DNA of 64,000 bases from Caecitellus pseudoparvulus. Lineage: Eukaryota > Protista > Bigyra: Bicosoecida. The position numbers and the translations under genes are program-made. The stretch spans positions 62,001 to 126,000 of the forward strand of contig CBFFRQ010000013.1 of assembly GCA_965644315.1 (NCBI GenBank). The letters run 5' to 3'. This document shows positions 56,148-64,000 of the stretch, piece after piece. Position 1 is the first letter of the stretch, and every line of letters begins with the position of its first letter. The notes beneath the pieces are model-generated. The model was given only the letters and a program-made list of their open reading frames with translations, had not been told where the DNA came from and did not search any database.

Positions 56148-57142
56148 TCATGCTGAGGACGCTGGTCGTGCGCGTTTTTGGGGCCCGTTGGGCACGGGCG
56201 TCGCTGCTGCGCTGCCCGAGTCACTAGCCATGGGCGACACCTCACTCGCTTCATCTTCCTCCTCAGGCGCAGGCATGTCCAGCATGGGCGGCGTGTGCGC
56301 ACCACCCTGCCCCTGCAGCAGCGGCAGCCCCAACACCATGCGTGCTTGCGTGACGAGCCTTCCCAGCAAGCGCAGCTGCAGCGCAGCGGCGCCTGCCGCC
56401 ACCCGCAGCAGGCGCTTGTCGGCGTCCTGCGGCGCGACGGGTTCGCACCACATGTGGTCCTCCAAGCTACCCGCCTCCGCCGCCTCCACGCTGGCCCCCG
56501 CTGGCAGGGAAATGCCGGCGAGGAAGGGCACCTCCTCCCGCAGGCTGCGCAGGGCCCGCGCAGCTGCAGCCATCTTGCTGGCCACTTTGCCCGTGAGTGT
56601 GTCACGCAGCTCTGAGAGGACGTCCCGCACCTCCACCAGCGCCTGGCCCGTCAGGGTGATGGGCATGTACAGGCTCTCCAGCGCAGAGGTGTACTGCCCG
56701 CCGCCCAGCAAGTCCGCCTCGAAGGACGCCTGCCCCTCCCACGCGCCAGCATCGCCGTCTCCCGCAGCACTGCCCCCGCTGCTGGCCCGCACACGCCGCT
56801 TGGTGGGCGATGTGACGCGGAACAGCGCTTCATCCGGCACTTCGTGACCCTCAGACCGCACCTCCGCTGCCACCTGCCGCTCAAGGAAGGCGCACACCTG
56901 CAGGACAGCTGGACCACTGCGCAGGATGCTGAGCACCTGCTGTGCCACCCCTAGCAGGGACGCCCGGATGCTGGTGAGGGTGCTCAGGGCCTCCTGTGCC
57001 TGCTGCCCCCACCCCGCAACGCCGCAAGCACCGCTTGCCAGGCCGGCCTCCGCTGGCTGGGGCAGTCCCAATGCAGACAGGAAGGGGGACTCCTCTGCCG
57101 AGCTCGCAGGAGTACGCGCTTCGTGAGATTCAGGGGGCACTG

Positions 57143-57173
<31 letters not shown>

Positions 57174-57972
57174 GAGTCGCTCTCGCAGAGCTGCCAGCTC
57201 CCCAGCCGCCCCCTTGCGGGCAAAGGCCACCGTGTCCACCAGTTCCTGGGCCTCCTTGCGCTTGGAGCGTGCGTCGAGGATGGTCCGGCCCATGGCCTTG
57301 CGCTCAGCCTGCGCCTGGCTCACAGCGCGGCGGAGGCGCAGCAGCTCGTAGTGCTGAGGAAAGCCGCGCTGCAGGCGGCGGGAGAGGGCGGAGCGGCGGT
57401 CTGTCAGCAGGCTCAGCTTGGCATGCAGGTCTCCCCGGACGCCATGCACGACGGCGTTGGCCTGCACGGTCTGCTGGTACTGCGAGTGCACCACTTGGAT
57501 TTGCTTGGCCAGAGTGGCGATGCGGCGCAGGAGCTGCCCCCTGTCGGCCTCCCGGAAACGGCTGACAGCGCTGGCCATGGGGCGCACCAAGGACAGCTTC
57601 ACTGGGCGCCTGGATGCGCGGATGATGGAGAGGGCTTCAGGGAACGCCAGCTTCGCCAAGGAGCGCCCTGCGTCACAGGGAGAGGTGGAGTGAGGCACGG
57701 GGCACGGTGGGCTGCGTCCGCGGCACGCACCGTTGGCTGCGACGACATAGTCGCCCACCTGGAGGTCCAACAGACGCTCTGAAGCGACATGGGAGATGCA
57801 AATGCGGCTCTTGGCTGCAGAGTGGGGCAGAGGGCAGTGAGTGCGAGGGGGAGTTGCACAGTGAAACGCTGGCACCCCTGCCGCCCTCACCCCAGCGAGT
57901 GTGCTCTGGCTCTGCAAAGTCGACAAAGTCAATCTTGCGCTCCGACAAGGTGACAGTCAGCGTGGACGCCAT
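56148..57972 (-). CDS. PDZ domain plus coiled-coil protein
   Basis: LQVGDYVVAANG|RSLAKLAFPEALSIIRASRRPVKLSLVRP is the C-terminal half of a PDZ fold, followed by heptad-rich helices. Confidence 0.6.
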
Positions 57973-58345
57973 GGCTGGGGTGGCCTTGTGTGCGCCGTGA
58001 GCTCAGACTGGTTTGCCAGGCAGCTCACTCCAGCTCACGGCACTGCTTGCCGGCAACGAACCCCAATGGGGGCAGCAAGTGCATGGCGAGCGCTGTTTAG
58101 CGTTGACAAGCGAGGTGTTCAACCTTGTGGGAAGTTTTTGTGACACAAGCGTGCGACTGTCCAGCCGCAGGGTGTGCGAGTTGACCGCAGGTCTCACATC
58201 CCGCCTGCCAGTGCAAATCCAGCGAGCAGTGCCAAGTTCACAACGTTCAAGTCTACCACCCTGTCCCTCCGGTAGTGTCCGCGGCCTGCGCAGTGCGCAG
58301 CCGCTCTGCCTGGTGCTGGGCGTGCCACCAGCGTTTCGCCTTGCC

Positions 58346-60153
58346 ATGGCAGCGGCAACGAGGCGTGAGGACGTGGAGGCCGCAGAGGAAGCCCACTTGG
58401 CGCCACAAGCAACACAGCCTGGATGTTGCTGTATCTCTGGTCAGTCGCTGCAGAAGTGAGTGGTGGCATGGCCGCGGACTGTGCCCAGGTCAGCCCTGCA
58501 CCACACCTCCCACTCCCAGGTGGGCCGAGGAGAGGCAGTACTTTGCAGGCGTGCTGAGACGCGCACCGATGTCACAGAAAACCTTCCTAGCTGTGGTATT
58601 CTTCCATTGCACGTTTCTTCTGATCGAGCGTGTGTATGCGTTGGTGTACTCGCACGTGTCATACGGGAAGGACGGCCAGACCGACGCGGAGGATGTGCAG
58701 CTGGATGAGCTGTGGATGTTTCTGCTCATGGTGGCCACAACGATGTTCATGGTGTGGTTCAGCGTGGAGTCTGTGCTGAAAGCCAACGCCTTCGAGGTGG
58801 GCGCCTTCTTCGGCACGTCCTTCTTCCTCTTCGTGCGGGTCACTGCCGACTACGCCTGCTTCATGAGCAACAACCGCGAGGACTCCTCTGTGCTGGAGTG
58901 CGGCACGCCGGGGCTGTACGGCGCAGCCCCCCACATCATGTTCTCAGTATCCCTGCTGCTGAACATCGTGGAGTGGGCCCTGGCGGCGGCCATGGTGGAC
59001 GACCTGCGCTGGACCAAGTACAAAGCCATCGGCAGCGACGTGAAGGTGCGGTCGCTGTACCGGCACTACGAGCTGTACAGCGCTGTGCGCAAGATGGACC
59101 TCCAGTTCTCCAGCATTCTCGTAATCACTGCGCTCGTCTTCTTCTCGAGCTCCACAGCAGACATCACGCGGGGCTTGCCGCCCACGGTGCTGCTTCTGTT
59201 CGTGGAGGTGCTGTGGGACCGGGCAGGCGTGCGGGCAGTGAAGCAAAAGGACTCCTGGGCCATGTACGCCTTCTGGATCTTGTCAGTGGTGCTGCCAGTG
59301 TATGTCATCGTCATCGGTATGTGCCCGCCCGCCAGCCTGCGCGACGTCCCTGCGCCCACACGCCGCCGCGGCTGCGTCACCCCCCCCCCCCCTCTCGGCA
59401 ACTTTCCGCGCAGGCGCTGTGAGTCTGGACGAGAGCAACGAATTCTTCGACGCGCTTCGGGCTGGCGAGAGTGGCAAGACCAGGAGTGACCGGCTGGCCA
59501 AGATTTCAGTGCTCGCCTTCGCCTGTGTCGCGAATCGCATCAGCACCTTTATCATTTCTGTGCTGCTGTGGCGCCAGTTCGACGACGAGGAGTACAGCGT
59601 GCTCATGCAGCTGTTCCGCCAGGGCTTCACGAAGTACGGCAAGCAGCGAGTGACAGAGCAGCAAGAGCAGCAAGATGTCGTGAACCCAGTGCCAGACGGT
59701 GCAGCAGGTGCACCTTGCTCTGCCCCCGCAGCAGTCCCACCTTCCGCTGCTCTGGAAATGACGCAAGGCCCCATCACCGTCACGAAGCCTACCCAGCAAG
59801 CTGACAGCTCGCCACAGCCCATGCACACCGCCCGTCTGGCTGCACTGTACGCAGAGGAGGGCGATGGCGGCTCTGTCCGAAGAGGCACCCACTTCGGCTC
59901 CTCCCGGCCGTCCCAGCACCACGCACCCACGCGCCCCCCTGCACCCGAAAAGGGCACATCTGCGGCGGATCGTCGAAGCACCTCAGCAGCAGCCTCCAGT
60001 GCGGCGCCTGATGTGCCAGGCACTGCTCCACCTGCGGCGCAAGGCGGGCGAGAGGCCAGCAGGCAACCAACTCATGACGAAGCCGACCTCACGCCGCGCC
60101 AACGGGACCTGCTGCTCATCCAGCAGCTGAAGGCGGCGCGCGGACTCAGGTGA
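58346..60153 (+). CDS. multi-pass membrane protein, UPF0658-like
   Basis: About 7 TM segments, with SVLKANAFEV and LRWTKYKAIGSDVKVRSLYRHYELYSAVRKMDLQF motifs. Introns near 58457 and 59317. Confidence 0.65.
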
Positions 60154-61367
60154 TAGGCCTTTCTATGGCTCCTTCACTGGGAACAAATGCTGCTGCGCAC
60201 AGACGGCGGCGCCGATGCTTGCGGTGCATGCTGCGCGGCGTGCACGGGCAAAGGAGAGCGTGCGTTGACGTTATCGGCAGCAGCGGCATCTTGGGCGCAC
60301 ACCAAGCTTGCGCCGGCAGGCAATGACACTCACGATGCCTCGGACACTCCGCCCTTTCCTGCACCGGTGAGAGTGTGTGCCGCGTGTGAAGAGCCCCAGG
60401 ATGCCGTGTTATTCCCACTGGAGCCTTGGGCGTGTGCAGAGTGAAGTGAGCGCTGGCTTCGTAGGACACATGCCAGCGTGTGCGCGCAACCTGCGCCAAA
60501 GCCGCCGCCGGCAGAATGCACAGTCTTCTTACGCTCTCCAGCCAGCTTACCTGCCATGTTTGTCCACGTGGGGGCCAATCCCAGCGTGTGCCGTGTCACG
60601 GAACATGGCCTGACTTCACTTGCCAGCCTGCAAGGTGTGACGTGTGAATGGAACGTGCCCCCTCCCCCCCCCCCCTGCACGCAGCGTGACGCTGGCTGGA
60701 GCTTGCCGAGGATGTGCCCCGCCACGCGCACTGCAGGCGTCAAGGTGCACCATTCCCGCGGATTTCTCGCCTGTGCAAGGCGCGCACACTACGAAAGGCA
60801 TGTCATTCTTGGCCCTTGTCTGCTCGTGGCTTCGCCGGCGGCAGGTCTGAGGCGTGGGCCCCGTCGTTCGGCACCGCTGCCAGTGGCAGCGCTGCTCTTG
60901 GCGTTGCGAGGAGGCGTGGGCAGGCCGCCCGCACGGGCGCGCAGACCTTCGTGCTCGGCAATATCAAGCCAACACAGGGAACCGCAGCCCCCCCCAAACT
61001 TCATTATTGCCCACCGACCCCGCGGCAGCCTCCGCCACGCTGTCACAGCGCCTCTGCACGCTGCCACAGCAGGGCGGCAAAAACGCCGGTTGCCAGGCAA
61101 CTCGTCGCAGGTTCCAGACGTGCGTGCATTGCCCCGCATCTGCCGTTGCACCCCCGCGGCGCGGTACCCAGCGGCTTGGCGGCTGTGCAAGCATTTCACG
61201 CCTGTTCCGTGCCTCCACGCTGTGCTCTCGTGTGGAGCCGGTGGGCCGGCGCAGACCGCACTTCACTGTGCCAGCGGCGTGCGGCGTCAAGCTTGCGGGC
61301 AACGTCAGGGGCAGCAGGCGGATCGCACGTGCGCACCTTGCACGCTGGCGTCCTTTCACAGCAAAGA

Positions 61368-62435
61368 ATGGGGTTCAGTGATGGCAAGGGGAAGTCCTCC
61401 AACGCAAGCGTCGGCAGCAGCTCGTCCCGGCAGGGCCGGCGCGGTTCTGGTTTCCCGCCCCGCCATGCCTCCTTTTCCCCGGAAGAGGACCGCACCTTGC
61501 TCTCCCTCCTGCAACGCTTCCCGGCAGGGACGAGCCAGGTGTGGGCTAAGGTTGCTGCACTCATGCCCGACCGCACGGGCAAGCAGTGCCGGGACAGGTG
61601 AGCGACGCGCGAGAGCCCCCCCCCCTCGCACGGCAGCTGCCAGCGCATCAGTGTCGTGTCGCGAGCCCGGCGCCCAGCCTGAGCATGCTGCCACGCCTGC
61701 GGCGAGGTTCTGCACGGTGCCCCACGCCCTGCCTGGCACAGGTACATCAACCACCTTCGCCCCCTGGACCTGACGCCTCTGACGAAGGCCCAGGAGGACG
61801 AGCTTTTTCGCCTGGTCCCCAGCCACACCAGTCCAGACCACGCAGTGCAGTGGACACAGCTGCTTCGCTCGTCAACCTTTCCAGGCAAGTCCGTCGAGCG
61901 CGTGAAGAACAAGTACCGCCGTAGGATCAAGGCCATGCTGGCGTCTGGTGAACTGGTTCCCTGCCGGGACACTGGCACGGCTGCCTTCTCGGGGCACGCT
62001 GCTGCTGCAGTGCCCCTGCCCAGCACCCGAGGCTTGCTGCCTTCGCCAGCCGGCACCGCCGGCAGCGCCTCGGCGGGCACGCCAGGCAGTGCCGCGTGGC
62101 ATGGCCAGGCTGCTTGGAGCAGCCACGTGCCCCCTCATTGGGGCATGCCTGTGCCCCTGCCCCCCGCCCCCGCCATGGTGCTGCCTCCTGGTGCGCTTCC
62201 CGGCGCTGTCACCATTCAGCAGCCAGGGCACGGCTCAGCTCACCAGCCCTATGCGGCCCACCAGGGCACACCCTTCCCCCCGCCATCCTGGCTTCAGGTC
62301 CCCGGATTGATGCCCTCTCAGCCCAAGCGACCTCGTGTCGAGACGAGCGACGTGCTGGCGGCGGGCGCGCCTGGTCTGCCTGTGCCCCTCCCAGGGCCCT
62401 GTCCCATTGAGTGGTTAGGAGGGGTTCGTTTTTGA
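61368..62435 (+). CDS. R2R3-type MYB transcription factor (5' exons may lie upstream)
   Basis: FSPEEDRTL...WAKVAALMPDRTGKQCRDR|YINHLRP...LTKAQEDEL...WTQL...GKSVERVKNKY. Intron about 61598-61741. Confidence 0.85.
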
Positions 62436-64000
62436 GCTTGTCAGGAGGGCATGTTGGCGATAGTTGTATGTGATAATGTACTGAGTATAAAATAACGAAT
62501 GCATACATTATTTTTGTCAGAGTGTGCTTGAAAGGTTGGGTCTGTGATGCAAACTGGATGCGGAATTTGCTTGCCCACGTTTGTAAAAGGAGGCTGCTGT
62601 CTTATGTTCCAGTCTACTTGCGCGTATTCGTACACTTTCGTGATCCAATGCAAATTTTTATGAAGTGTGGGCCGAATTTCGAGGAATCGGGCCGTTTTGG
62701 TGATCACCCTCTTTCGATTCGGGTGAGTTGTCTGTCGATTACGAACAGAGGGCCTGCGTCGTCATCGAGGTGCTCACAAACCCGCATTCGACACCGGCGC
62801 AACCAGCACTCCAGCCCCCATGTGTCTTTCACAGTGTCGAACTACCGATCAAACGATCAGCGTCCCAGGGTTGCAATTCACAATTTTCACCTCGAAGGCT
62901 TGCACTTCCCGCAAGGCGAGTTTCGCGGAAATCGAAATGAGTCTTGGTTGAGACAGGCCGAACAAGGCACTGTGAGAAAAGACTCCCCGTATTGTCTTGC
63001 ACAGATCATACAACCATGTCTGGCATGCAATTCCTGGTTTCCTTTTTACTGTTGCGCCGGCGGCAGCATGTCCGTAGGTTGCAAGCGCTCCAAGCACTTA
63101 TTGCCACAGAAGCAGCACTGTTGCTGGCAGTGGTAGCAATGGCCGATGAAGATGGACACGAGCAGGCCGTGCCACTACCGTGCTTCGATGAAGACTGTGC
63201 TCTGGAGGAGGGCGTGAGGGCCAGCGCACGTGGCCGCACCAATCCTCTTGCAGGTTTGGCATCCGGTGTGAGGACGTGGGTGGCACGGCAACATGGAGTG
63301 CCTCTCGAAGAGCACGAGGTTTGCACAACCCCACATACGGTGTTGCAGTATACTATGAAGCAGTTGTGCTCTGTTGGTGTGAACACTATTTTAGCTCTAT
63401 CGGTGTGGTTCATGAAATCTTCTGCACCAAAACTCTGGTACAGGTGGGTCATGCATTCGATCCTACCCGTGGAAGTAGAGGCCCACGCTGTGGAGCTTGC
63501 AGGTGATGAACCTGCAGAGGAACCAGACTCACAAGAGCACAGGACCTGGCAGAGACAGCTTCGGCGCCACAGGGAAGACTGTCTGCACGAGCACTGCAGT
63601 CGCCTTGGGGCATGCGAGCGTCCCATGGTGCAGCAACAGCCATCAGTGGCAGACTGGTGGGGTGCTGTGGACTCATCATTCTGCGGCCAAGGATGCACTT
63701 TCAGTTGGCTGGAGGCTTGTTGCCTTGGAGTGCATTATATGTGCAAGGGTTTCAACATGAGAGCTGGACAAGAAGCGTTCACTGGGGCATCGAAGTCCAC
63801 ATGCAGTCGAATCCTAAAGGTTTTCTTGCGGTCTATCTCATCCAGCATGTTTGAACAGCAGGTGTACATGCCAGCACCAGATTCTGGGGAGTGGATGGAG
63901 AGTGTACGATTGAACTTTGCCCTGTCAGGCATGCAGCTGCCGTGCGTAGCAGGCAGCGTGGATGATACACATGTGCGTGCTTACATCAGTGAAGATAGTG
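62436..64000. other. lower-GC segment without recognisable genes
   Basis: Abrupt rise in A/T content after the MYB stop. The ORFs present have no coding-like character. Confidence 0.6.

Noticed and set aside
61743-61845. Possible frameshift in the MYB gene
   Set aside because: On recount, YINHLRPLDLTP is in frame with ORF 61845..62435. The ORF track only starts late because of the intron.

Overview
GC-rich (roughly 65-70% by eye), very gene-dense nuclear DNA of a flagellated eukaryote. It has short GT-AG introns (about 60-110 nt) and intergenic gaps of tens to a few hundred bp. Gene content and style suggest a heterotrophic stramenopile-like protist (inference). About 33 protein-coding genes are recognisable once introns are joined: CCDC124, class IV sirtuin, sulfotransferase, farnesyltransferase beta, RRP42, MTRR, an S11 D-Ala-D-Ala carboxypeptidase, a TLC protein, RMDN, a bacterial-type RecD2 helicase, PTEN, an ATP-grasp protein, TRM11, several ciliary genes, Cys-type SelO, BAR-SH3, F-box, CHMP2, plant-type DDB2, dPGM and MYB. 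The best hidden signal is at 54.1-54.7 kb on the minus strand. There a small SelK-like membrane protein has an apparent UGA 'stop' followed in frame by G-R-G-P-C-UAA, a 14-bp hairpin starting 6 nt after the UGA, and a SECIS-shaped 3'UTR element with a non-canonical ACGA core. Together these make a candidate selenoprotein with unusual recoding signals. A recurring AATGCA hexamer just after stop codons is a candidate lineage-specific poly(A) signal. The last 1.5 kb drops in GC and has no recognisable gene. Gene models were joined by eye, and family calls rest on recalled motifs, not on database searches.
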